Shown here piece by piece: positions 21,729 to 30,936 of a stretch of 55,989 bases of DNA. The position numbers and the translations under genes were made by a program. The notes beneath the pieces are model-generated. The model worked only from the letters and a program-made list of their open reading frames with translations, was not told the DNA's origin and did no database searches. Origin of the DNA: a virus (Duplodnaviria; Caudoviricetes); IMG/VR virus record IMGVR_UViG_3300022752_000086, positions 1 through 55,989 of that record; one strand, 5' to 3'. Numbering within the stretch: the stretch's first letter is position 1; each line of letters starts with the position of its first letter.

Positions 21729-24137
21729 TTATATGATCATTCGATCAAAATCTGCATTAGCTACCCAATGGAATTTAATTCTATCACCAGAATATGCACC
21801 ACCATCAATAACAACAGTAAATGTTTCTGGTTTAAGCATATTCACGTAAATATTATTAGACAATTTAGCATTTATTCTATATGGAGAAGTTATAGCCCAT
21901 GGAACTTTGATATTAGTTCCACTGTTTGCATTTCTTAAATCTTGTCCAGCAGAAATATTATATGCTTCTCCAGAAACACCACTGGCAGTAGAATATATCT
22001 GTACTGCTTTAGGAGCAGCATTCATTTTTATTGGTAATTTTATCGAATATTCTGTATTAGCAATAAGATTTAATAGATCTAAACTTGCTTCATTTAAATT
22101 ATTATCTGATGTTGTTTGTGGTAAATTTCCATAACTATACGATGTCTGGTAATAACGTTTACATTCATCTAATTCTTTGTCAAATTCTGTATATAAAGGA
22201 TGAACTGGAGTACTTCCTAAATTGAATCTAACTTGAGCAAGATTGTATGTTGTTGTGTTGGGGAATTCAAATCCAATACCAAACCAACCTTCTTCCGTGG
22301 AAGATAATGTTATACCATTATTTAATTTAAAAGTTACTGAATACTCTGCCCAATCTGCAGTTAATGTTATTCCTGGACTATTTGCAATAATTCTAGATTC
22401 TATTGCTGTTGTTAATCCCAACACGCTGGTATACGAATCGGTGTATCGATTATAAAAAGTATCTACAGTGGCACCACTAACTCCAGCTTTTGCATAGAAT
22501 GAAATTGTTCCAGTTTGACCGTTTAAGTATCGTGCACCTTTAATGATATTTTCTAACTTCGGTCGTTGCACTAAACTGCCTGTTGTTTTTGTAGTAAATG
22601 TATTTGAATATGTAATGTAATGTACGGGAGAACCAAGAACATCTGTTTGAGTTGCAGTGAAATTGTTTCTGCTAAAACTCATACTAATACTAGTACAACC
22701 ATGAGTACTAGCAAACCAACGATCACATAGTGGAGTAAAATATGTTCCAAGACTGGATAAAGTAGCTCCAGAATATGAGGTATTTCCTCGCTGCCATACT
22801 CTAAATGAACCGTTTACTAATAAATTATTCGATGATATTAAAGTTAAACCACCAGTTACACCTTCATAAATCACAACAGAAGAAGGTAATAGAGAAGATA
22901 CTCCACCACCAGTATCAAATTCTGTATGATTTAAAACAAATCTTACAGTGTTCTCTGCATCATTATTACGTAGTATTGTTGCCCATGAAGTGTTTGTTGG
23001 ATTTGTAATCAGTTGTGGTTCAAATAATGAAGATGTGGTATTTAATTTATAAATTCCACCAGTTATTCCAGTCTTCTGGTAGATTGTAGAATCTAAATCA
23101 TCAAAAGGTACGGTAAAATTACCACCTCTTGTAAGAACTTCTAGTATGACAGTATTTCCATTGTCTGATAATACAGAAGAAACTGCACCTATACAATAAT
23201 TTCTTAGTGATAGAATAGAAGCAGTTCTTAATATAGCAATATTAGAAGTGGTATTATTATTGGAACCACCTGCCAATTTTAGGTCTGCTGAAGTGAAAGG
23301 ACCAAACGGAGAATTAGATCTGTCTGTTGCTGTGATATTTTCGCCCATGTAATAAACAGGATCTCCGGGCTTAATTGGAGCAGAACCATTCTTTAATGCG
23401 TAAGCATCAACAGTATAATTGACACTTATAATTATTTTATTGTCTAGTTCTGCAGTTATGCCTGCACTAATACCTTCAATTATGAAACCGCGATACGGTA
23501 ATATCACACCAGTATCACCAGTAATACCTAAAATTATTGGTTTTGATACATGACCGTATGTTGTTGGTTCTATTGAAGTTATACCACCAGCAACTGTTGG
23601 ACTTAAGAAATATGCTATTCCTGGAGACAGTGTACCACCAACAATTCCTAAAGCATTTTTTACAGTATCACTAAATGAAGAATTATCAATTTTTCCTGAA
23701 ACAGCAACTAATGTGCTTGCCGCATCTTCTCCAATAACTACACCAAATACTTCTGCATTATCTGCACTGTCAGCTTTAGCTAGAGTTAATCCACCAGTTT
23801 CTAAAACAGCAACAATGTTTCCTGATGTAAGACCAACTAATTTAGGAGTATATGATACTGTTGTCGTATTTACTGATAGACTTGCTACAGATAATGAGCC
23901 ACTTATTGTGGCATTTCCTTGAATAGCAACATTTCCACTAAATGTTGCTCCGGGTAATGTTGTATCTAAACCAATAACATTTTTACCATTAGCATATGTT
24001 AATGTTATTCCTGTACCTGCAGAAATTCCAGTAACGCCTATTCCGTCCTGTACATTTGCCCAATTTATAATTTCATTGGTTTTGTTAAACCAATCTTTAA
24101 ACGTTTGTCCTGATGTTAGTGGATTTATAGTTGTCAT
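21729..24137 (-). CDS. Tail fibre protein, 802 aa
   Basis: N-terminal TFKDWFNKTNEII anchor typical of T4-like fibres; NLLVNGSFRVWQRG..DRW..ISFYAK..ELDECKRYYQ domain common in phage tail fibres. Confidence 0.7.
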   Translation of the reverse strand: MTTINPLTSGQTFKDWFNKTNEIINWANVQDGIGVTGISAGTGITLTYANGKNVIGLDTTLPGATFSGNVAIQGNATISGSLSVASLSVNTTTVSYTPKLVGLTSGNIVAVLETGGLTLAKADSADNAEVFGVVIGEDAASTLVAVSGKIDNSSFSDTVKNALGIVGGTLSPGIAYFLSPTVAGGITSIEPTTYGHVSKPIILGITGDTGVILPYRGFIIEGISAGITAELDNKIIISVNYTVDAYALKNGSAPIKPGDPVYYMGENITATDRSNSPFGPFTSADLKLAGGSNNNTTSNIAILRTASILSLRNYCIGAVSSVLSDNGNTVILEVLTRGGNFTVPFDDLDSTIYQKTGITGGIYKLNTTSSLFEPQLITNPTNTSWATILRNNDAENTVRFVLNHTEFDTGGGVSSLLPSSVVIYEGVTGGLTLISSNNLLVNGSFRVWQRGNTSYSGATLSSLGTYFTPLCDRWFASTHGCTSISMSFSRNNFTATQTDVLGSPVHYITYSNTFTTKTTGSLVQRPKLENIIKGARYLNGQTGTISFYAKAGVSGATVDTFYNRYTDSYTSVLGLTTAIESRIIANSPGITLTADWAEYSVTFKLNNGITLSSTEEGWFGIGFEFPNTTTYNLAQVRFNLGSTPVHPLYTEFDKELDECKRYYQTSYSYGNLPQTTSDNNLNEASLDLLNLIANTEYSIKLPIKMNAAPKAVQIYSTASGVSGEAYNISAGQDLRNANSGTNIKVPWAITSPYRINAKLSNNIYVNMLKPETFTVVIDGGAYSGDRIKFHWVANADFDRMII

Positions 24138-24143
24138 ATTATT

Positions 24144-24842
24144 TTATGATACGTTTTGTATTACTCCGCCATTTAATGTGACTAAATCGTAAGTAATTGG
24201 TGTTCCTGCTTTTGTAAGTACTTTAAATATTGGAAAAAAGTTATTTGCAGTTGCTGTTGCGTCTTCGGAATATCCGATGACATTTATTCTTATTCTATCT
24301 GCCCCTGATGTTTTTATTGAAGATCCACCACCAGAATTATCAGAAAGATTAGTATCAGCTGTATAATCTACTGCAGTAAATACGTCTAGATATAATCCAT
24401 ATTGTGTTCCATTTATAGCAGCAGACGGGAAGTTTATAGAAGAACTAAATGTATTTTTATTCCATATCCATATTCCAAATCCACTAGTACTAGTACTAGT
24501 AGGAATATTAACGTAGAACCAACCTGGTGTAATTGTTACCGTTCTAGTAGTACCAGTTCCAGATATTGTAAAATAATTAGGATCTAGAGGAGTTGCACCT
24601 GGCCAAAAAGGCATTCCTTTGTCTTGCCAATTACTGATACATGTGTTCGTCAGTGTTTGTTGTAAATAAAATTGTTCTTGTAATTCATTTAATTCTGATG
24701 CTTGAAGGGGAAATCCAGGCTTAAATCCTATTAAATAATAATTTTTAGGCCCTCCAAAAGTAGTATCATAGTTACCATTAATTCTACTGAAATAAGGAGA
24801 AGACGATAGTGGTAAAATATCAAATGGTGGTATTGAAATCAT
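24144..24842 (-). CDS. Short DUF4815/VrlC-like virion structural protein, 232 aa
   Basis: PYF..KNYYLIGFKPGFPLQASELNELQ and GADRIRI match the DUF4815 N-terminal signature; position after gp8 as in cyanophage-like T4s. Confidence 0.7.
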   Translation of the reverse strand: MISIPPFDILPLSSSPYFSRINGNYDTTFGGPKNYYLIGFKPGFPLQASELNELQEQFYLQQTLTNTCISNWQDKGMPFWPGATPLDPNYFTISGTGTTRTVTITPGWFYVNIPTSTSTSGFGIWIWNKNTFSSSINFPSAAINGTQYGLYLDVFTAVDYTADTNLSDNSGGGSSIKTSGADRIRINVIGYSEDATATANNFFPIFKVLTKAGTPITYDLVTLNGGVIQNVS

Positions 24843-24849
24843 AGTTATA

Positions 24850-26631
24850 TTAATATGTAGTTACTTTTATATTAAAGTTTAAAGTTACACTGTCGCTCAA
24901 ATTATCAATATTTAAATTGACTTTTTGGGGAGAAAAATATTGATTATTTTTTCCTAAATCTGGCTTTGTAACACTTAAAATCTGACAAGGATTTCCTAAA
25001 ATAACAATTCGGTCACCAACATTAACCGGTGATACAGTAGTATCTGATATATCATTAGTTTCTACTTGAAATCCCGGAATACTTCCACTAACTGGATGTG
25101 GTATATATCCATAATTTTTGCCAGAAATTAGTGTTTTGTTAGTTCGTATAGCACTAACATAAATATTATAATTTTCTAAACTGGTATTATCTGCAGTATA
25201 ACAATCTTCAGCATTTTCACTCACACAATCAATAGGACCAGTAATTTCTGTTGCACCACCAAGTCCTTCTATTGCTGGTGGAAGTGATTCTACTTGGGTT
25301 TCTTCATCCACATCTAATACAGCAGCAACAAATCTAGTCTGTAGATTTTTTACTTGTGCAGATTCTGGAGCATACTCTGTAATAGTTTCGTCTGTACGTG
25401 ATCTTAAATTATTTGTTAATGCTATTTTTGTAAAAATACTATTATAACTAATATTTTTAATATTTTCTACATTAACTTGAGAATTAACTAAAAAGGATTT
25501 TGTTTTTAGAATACTTTCTGGAATTTCAAAAACATCTAACGGATATGTATAAAGAGTTATAGCATTCACTAATGCTGTATTAGTTTCTCCCGTGATCGTA
25601 AAACTGGGATAAATATAATTTTTTCCAGTTTCTTCTACACTAATACCAACTACTTCATAACTATTATCATTAATTTGAGAAGTTATTAATCTAACTTTTG
25701 CGTTACCATCAGAATGTGGATCTACTATATTTAAATATGGATTAGCAGAAGATACTGTACGATTTTCTATACAAATACCTGATAAATTTATATCTGCTTT
25801 AAAAATACCATTATAATGTGATTGATAATCTTTTAATATATTTAATTGAAATTGTTTAGTAGTATTAGGTGGTAATGTTGATGATATTGATTGTAGTGTA
25901 TCTAATAAACTAGTAATTTCATATGAAGGATCACATATTGCTGTAGCTCCAACACCTCCAGAAAATTTATAATAAAGATCTAATTTTTGTGCAAGATCAT
26001 AACATTCATAACAATATGAATTTGCAGAAGCATGTACTAAATCTCCTGCCATATATGATATTCCTGTTATTTTATCTGTTGTTGCTGTTTTATAATATAA
26101 ACAACACTTTCCAGACTGAGTTATTCCTCCAGAACAGACTGACGAATATATAGATGTAAAATTAGAACCTTGTACATTTACATTAAAATCTGGAAGAGGA
26201 AAATCGGAATCTGTTATAAATCCTTCTTTGGTATAATCTATAAAATATAATGGTAACCACGAATAACCATCACTACCAGTAACAGCAACAGAACCCGTAT
26301 TTGTTGGAGGAACAGAAGTCAAATAATCTCCGGATTGATCTTTTCTGTTTTTTGGAGTATTACCCACACATAGATATAAAATATTTTGATTTACACAATA
26401 ATAAGGATTTGCTTCAGGATCTAATCCCGGTTCCCACGGATAAAAAACTTTTCCAGATTCCCATTTTATGTGTTTTATTACTGATGCTGTTTGTGACTCT
26501 GGTACCTTTACTGCAATAAGTGCATCTTCAGACTCAAATACGTCTGGTGTATTTGTTGGAGCACCTCCTAAAATCAACCAAAGATTTTTAGTATCTAATT
26601 GTAATTGTTCTGTTGTTATAGGTTTGTTCAT
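24850..26631 (-). CDS. gp8: Baseplate wedge subunit gp8-like, 593 aa
   Basis: VIKHIKWESGKVFYPW..YYCVN..YLCVGN..PTNT..SDGYSWLPLYFI; synteny gp25-gp6-gp7-gp8. Confidence 0.8.
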   Translation of the reverse strand: MNKPITTEQLQLDTKNLWLILGGAPTNTPDVFESEDALIAVKVPESQTASVIKHIKWESGKVFYPWEPGLDPEANPYYCVNQNILYLCVGNTPKNRKDQSGDYLTSVPPTNTGSVAVTGSDGYSWLPLYFIDYTKEGFITDSDFPLPDFNVNVQGSNFTSIYSSVCSGGITQSGKCCLYYKTATTDKITGISYMAGDLVHASANSYCYECYDLAQKLDLYYKFSGGVGATAICDPSYEITSLLDTLQSISSTLPPNTTKQFQLNILKDYQSHYNGIFKADINLSGICIENRTVSSANPYLNIVDPHSDGNAKVRLITSQINDNSYEVVGISVEETGKNYIYPSFTITGETNTALVNAITLYTYPLDVFEIPESILKTKSFLVNSQVNVENIKNISYNSIFTKIALTNNLRSRTDETITEYAPESAQVKNLQTRFVAAVLDVDEETQVESLPPAIEGLGGATEITGPIDCVSENAEDCYTADNTSLENYNIYVSAIRTNKTLISGKNYGYIPHPVSGSIPGFQVETNDISDTTVSPVNVGDRIVILGNPCQILSVTKPDLGKNNQYFSPQKVNLNIDNLSDSVTLNFNIKVTTY

Positions 26632-26632
26632 A

Positions 26633-27754
26633 TTAGCATCCGGTACAAGTTATATCCATATTTGGGAAATTTCCTTCAACAGAAGGATATAATTCCCAGA
26701 AGTCTTTTATATTTATAGAACCAAAACTAACACCAATAGGATACTTAGTTGGATCAGAAATAGCAAAACTCCATGTTGGGAATTTGTAAGTAGGAATAGG
26801 CGGAGAATCAGCACATCCTTCACATCTATCGGGGGAATTTGCTTCAGTACTATTTAAAGTATAATAAAAATAATTTCTTATTTTTGGAGTTTCGTAAATA
26901 GAACTTGAAAAAATTTCTCTTATTTGATTAAAAATAACTTTTGATTCTTGATAATAATCTTTAAATCCTAAAGGATGCAGCATAGGTCGAATTAATGTCT
27001 GCAGTCTATCTTTAGAAATAGTATCGCCTTCATTTTTAATATTAACAATGTAACTATATTCATTCCAATACGTAGAATCTCGTAGAATACTATAATTCAA
27101 TCTTCCTGAAGTAGCCAAAGGAGAAAATAAAGAAATTTCAGAACTAACACCCGCATTTAATACCATTAAATATTTTTTAGGATTTACGATATAAATATCG
27201 TCCGGAGTTACACTAAAAAATAAAGATATTAAATATTTAAAAGAAAATTCTGATCCTTTAATACTATATAATTTTTTGTATAGTCCATTTAATAAAGTTT
27301 TTAATTCTTTAGTTGATACATCATTTTTGAGTGCTGAATCTGATAATGATGGAATAAATATTTTTGAATATAAAAAGAATAAATCATCTGGTAAATCATC
27401 TATTTTCTTTAAATTTTCTAATTCAAAAAAACCAAATATTGGAGTTATATTTTGTTTGGTTGAACAAGCCAACCAATTATAATATTCTTGAACCATTTCT
27501 ATTAAATTTGGTCCAGTTTGTCCAACGGGTTTTTTATTTGCCCAATGAGGAAATTGTGCTTTTATTTCATAAGGATATTCACAAGTTTTTCCTAATTCAA
27601 ATATTGGTCTAGGCACATAATTTAAAAAATCATTACCAGAAGTAAAAGATGCTCTTTCTATTACTTTTACTTCTTGTTCTACCAGCTGGGCATCATCAAT
27701 ATTAACTTGATTAATTCTGGTTTTGTTTATTTTTGATTTATTCCATAGTAACAT
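26633..27754 (-). CDS. gp7: Baseplate wedge initiator gp7-like (compact), 373 aa
   Basis: QFPHW..EYYNWL..LYSIKGSEFSFKYLISLFF..LRDSTYWNEYSYIV..MLHPLGF; lies between gp6 and gp8. Confidence 0.7.
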   Translation of the reverse strand: MLLWNKSKINKTRINQVNIDDAQLVEQEVKVIERASFTSGNDFLNYVPRPIFELGKTCEYPYEIKAQFPHWANKKPVGQTGPNLIEMVQEYYNWLACSTKQNITPIFGFFELENLKKIDDLPDDLFFLYSKIFIPSLSDSALKNDVSTKELKTLLNGLYKKLYSIKGSEFSFKYLISLFFSVTPDDIYIVNPKKYLMVLNAGVSSEISLFSPLATSGRLNYSILRDSTYWNEYSYIVNIKNEGDTISKDRLQTLIRPMLHPLGFKDYYQESKVIFNQIREIFSSSIYETPKIRNYFYYTLNSTEANSPDRCEGCADSPPIPTYKFPTWSFAISDPTKYPIGVSFGSINIKDFWELYPSVEGNFPNMDITCTGC

Positions 27755-27764
27755 GTTTGTTCCA

Positions 27765-29459
27765 TTATGTTGTAATTTCTGGTATTAGTGTATAAACTGT
27801 AGCCAATCCTGGATTTAATAATTTAATATTTCTTGGACTAATTCTAAGATTTACTCCACCAACTGTGAGATGATTTTTATCAATATACAGATCTCCTGTT
27901 TCGTAATTTATAGAACCAGCATCTCCTAAAATATTTCCTGATAAATCTTGTATAATAATTTTTCCTATATTACCAGAAACTAATTTGTCTTTAAAAATAC
28001 AAGTTTCACCGCTGGGTAATAAAAATCTATCAGACGTTAGAACGGTTCCAGGGACACTACTTGTTGGTAATTTTAATTGATTATTAAGATTTACTATATT
28101 ACTAAATGAGGTTATTGTTAATTCTATACTAGTAGCAATAATATCCAATAATTTTGTGCTAGAAAATGTATTGTTTATATAGATTATAAAATCACTTAGC
28201 GAAAATAATTTATTAAATTTATAACCATCATTATAAAATTTTTGTATAGCATTTTTTATTATTGATAATGGTTGTATTCCACTATATCTAAATGTACTAT
28301 AAATTGTTATAAACTTTGGTGGAACAAATTCCGGTGTTACAGTTATTACTCCTTTATCTTTTAATAGTGATGTGAGAGTTTTAACCATATCAGAAGTAAT
28401 ATCTAATTTTGCTAAAGAATAATATACTTTTCCTGGTATGGGAGTATTTAATTCTTCTCCACCCCAAACCAATATCTGTTCTTGAGTTGTTATATCATCT
28501 GGTAAAAAGCCACTATTCATTATTACACTATAATAATCATCTTTAGTTATAGCTCTATCAGATGATGCAAATAATTTTGGAGCAAATGTTTTTATTAAAT
28601 CTATATTTGGAGCACCACCACCACTACTAAGGCTGGATTCAATAATAGTACCAGAACCACTAGTAATAGTAGAACCATTTGCAATACTTCCAGAAGGAAT
28701 TATATACGAAATTTTAACTATATCAGATGAAGTAATAGTTCGTGCACCAGGAAATGAAAATGTTTCATTCAATCCCGGTTTACTGAATAGTAAATAAAAA
28801 CCATCTGGTCTACGCTCTATAAAGTAAATTTTATCTGTAGATGATTTTATTTTTGGAGCATATGCATTATATAAAGACCAATATTCTCCATTTACCTGTA
28901 CACCAATAGTATAGATATCGATATCAAATCCTCCTACTCTGTACGATTGAGATTCTAGATCTAAAATTCCTGTAGCAGGACTACCCTCTCCAGAAATTTG
29001 TTTATCTTTTACTATATTTGCAGCTTCATATATTGTAACTTCAACTGGTTCTACAGAATTTAATATGTATTGTTTTGTTGTATAAAAATTAAAATTATTT
29101 CCAGCAGAATCAGAACCAAAAAATATACTAGTATAAGGAGTTAGTATTATATCATTACCAGTAATTTGTAAAATTGCTTTTGAAGCATTTACTCCATTAA
29201 TCACATATCCCAGTGGTTTAATTGATGCTAAAATATTATCTGGAATTTGTGATGTTTCTAAAAAACTCTCATTTGCTATAATATTAGCATAATACCCATA
29301 AAACATAGTATTATAAGCCAACACATCCAATAAAGTACTTAATGCGGTAGAATCAAAATTATAACTATTAAAATTTTCTTGTGATCGTAAATAATTTACT
29401 AAAGAATTTTTAATTTCTCTAAAGTCTAGTGATGCTATATTAATTGGTGGGTTTGCCAT
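27765..29459 (-). CDS. gp6: Baseplate wedge subunit gp6, 564 aa
   Basis: LDFREIKNSLVNYLRSQENFNSYNFDSTALSTLLDVLAYNT..ANESFL and APKLFASSDRAITKDDY..VWGGEE. Confidence 0.92.
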   Translation of the reverse strand: MANPPINIASLDFREIKNSLVNYLRSQENFNSYNFDSTALSTLLDVLAYNTMFYGYYANIIANESFLETSQIPDNILASIKPLGYVINGVNASKAILQITGNDIILTPYTSIFFGSDSAGNNFNFYTTKQYILNSVEPVEVTIYEAANIVKDKQISGEGSPATGILDLESQSYRVGGFDIDIYTIGVQVNGEYWSLYNAYAPKIKSSTDKIYFIERRPDGFYLLFSKPGLNETFSFPGARTITSSDIVKISYIIPSGSIANGSTITSGSGTIIESSLSSGGGAPNIDLIKTFAPKLFASSDRAITKDDYYSVIMNSGFLPDDITTQEQILVWGGEELNTPIPGKVYYSLAKLDITSDMVKTLTSLLKDKGVITVTPEFVPPKFITIYSTFRYSGIQPLSIIKNAIQKFYNDGYKFNKLFSLSDFIIYINNTFSSTKLLDIIATSIELTITSFSNIVNLNNQLKLPTSSVPGTVLTSDRFLLPSGETCIFKDKLVSGNIGKIIIQDLSGNILGDAGSINYETGDLYIDKNHLTVGGVNLRISPRNIKLLNPGLATVYTLIPEITT

Positions 29460-29470
29460 TTTTACCTACT

Positions 29471-29854
29471 TTATATTGGATCTAATGTTAGATTTATTGT
29501 TTTATTTATTTTGGGTTTTAATAATAGATTTAAATTAATTTCTATATTTAATATATTATTTGTATTTACTCTATTTACATTAACATTTACTATTTCTACT
29601 CGTGGCTCTACAGAATTTACACGATTTTTAATATTACTTTCTAAAATTTCTTTATCAATCTTTGTAAAATCTTCATACAAATAATCAACAACTCCAACTC
29701 CATAACTCTTAAATGGTACTTGACCTTCACTGGAAAATATTATATTTTTTACAGATTGAATTATATCATTTGCATCATTTTTAATATTAATCCAATTACC
29801 GTTTGGTTTTTCAATTATTCCTAAATTAAAGTCTATATCTCTATATGTGGTCAT
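29471..29854 (-). CDS. gp25: Baseplate wedge subunit gp25
   Basis: YRDIDF..IIQSVKNII..GQVPF..YG.G..DYLYE..VEPRVEI; 127 aa, immediately upstream of gp6. Confidence 0.9.
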   Translation of the reverse strand: MTTYRDIDFNLGIIEKPNGNWINIKNDANDIIQSVKNIIFSSEGQVPFKSYGVGVVDYLYEDFTKIDKEILESNIKNRVNSVEPRVEIVNVNVNRVNTNNILNIEINLNLLLKPKINKTINLTLDPI

Positions 29855-29863
29855 TTACTTCCC

Positions 29864-30931
29864 TTATGATGGATTATTACTATTTCCATCGTTCTGTTTG
29901 ATTATTCGCCTTCCGTAAGTACTGAGTGATGGTTTATTGTATTTATTAGTATTATAACCATCTCTTATTAAATAAAGAGCCATTGTATGTTTTCCGCCTA
30001 TTATTATTCGCTCAATTCTGGTTACCATCCAGGTTCCACCAAATCTTTTATCAGTTAGAGCACTTCCAGCTTCGCTTATTTCATCTTTAATTGGTATTCG
30101 TATATTAACAAGACTGCCTATTTTTATTAAATATGATCCATTTACAGTTATCTTTATTTTTTGAAAATTATATAAATTTACTAATGCATTTCTTAATAAT
30201 GGTGTTTTGGGGGGTGTGTTCCAAAAAGTTGCATTTGTTTTAGAGTATTCTAAATATGCACCAAATAAAGGACCATTTATATCAGTATTTGTTCCTGATG
30301 CATCTGTTTGTACTTTAAATTCTAATGGTTTTGGAGCATCGCCATCCCAAACAAAATTATCATTTGATGTTAGAACCCCATATGTTTTGTCTAATACTAA
30401 TACGGGACCACTATTTCCTCCGCCATAGTATCCCAAATTATATGGATAAAATGTATTTTTAGGTATACTTCCAGTTATTCCATAATATGTAATTTTTACG
30501 TCTTTAAAATATTTGGTATCATAACCACTACCAGCAGATACTAAATTTTTTCCAAAACAATTATATGGACATTTACTATTAGAAAAATCTACACCAAACC
30601 AAAAAGGTTGTTGATATTTTTCTACTAAATTATCGGTTATCAGCTTACATTCGCTTATAGATTTTTTTAGAGACACCAATTCTGCATCAGTTTTTGGAAG
30701 TTCTTTGGGTTTATATTGATTTATAAAACAGTTGCAAGCAGGATCCCAATCCGGACAATTTATATTAGATACTTGACCATACGGACTAAAACATACAGAC
30801 TCTATAGTATTAATTGAAGATTTTTGTAAATTAAATGATATATTGGTACTCGCAGAAGAACCACTAATACCATTAAAAATACCAGTCTCGTCTGGTCTAA
30901 AAACAGAAGTACTAGTTATAGTTATAGCCAT
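29864..30931 (-). CDS. Protein carrying the C-terminal part of the baseplate hub (gp27/GPD-like), 355 aa
   Basis: C-terminal KIKITVNGSYLIKIGSLVNIRIP..DKRFGGTWMVTRIERII..HTMALYLIRDG resembles the end of T4-like hub proteins; Cys-rich N-terminal third. Confidence 0.6.
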   Translation of the reverse strand: MAITITSTSVFRPDETGIFNGISGSSASTNISFNLQKSSINTIESVCFSPYGQVSNINCPDWDPACNCFINQYKPKELPKTDAELVSLKKSISECKLITDNLVEKYQQPFWFGVDFSNSKCPYNCFGKNLVSAGSGYDTKYFKDVKITYYGITGSIPKNTFYPYNLGYYGGGNSGPVLVLDKTYGVLTSNDNFVWDGDAPKPLEFKVQTDASGTNTDINGPLFGAYLEYSKTNATFWNTPPKTPLLRNALVNLYNFQKIKITVNGSYLIKIGSLVNIRIPIKDEISEAGSALTDKRFGGTWMVTRIERIIIGGKHTMALYLIRDGYNTNKYNKPSLSTYGRRIIKQNDGNSNNPS

Positions 30932-30936
30932 TACAA

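Noticed and set aside
26710-26717. Intragenic TATAAATA on the minus strand about 80 nt upstream of gp8
   Set aside because: It could be an internal late promoter, but chance matches are expected in such AT-rich coding DNA.
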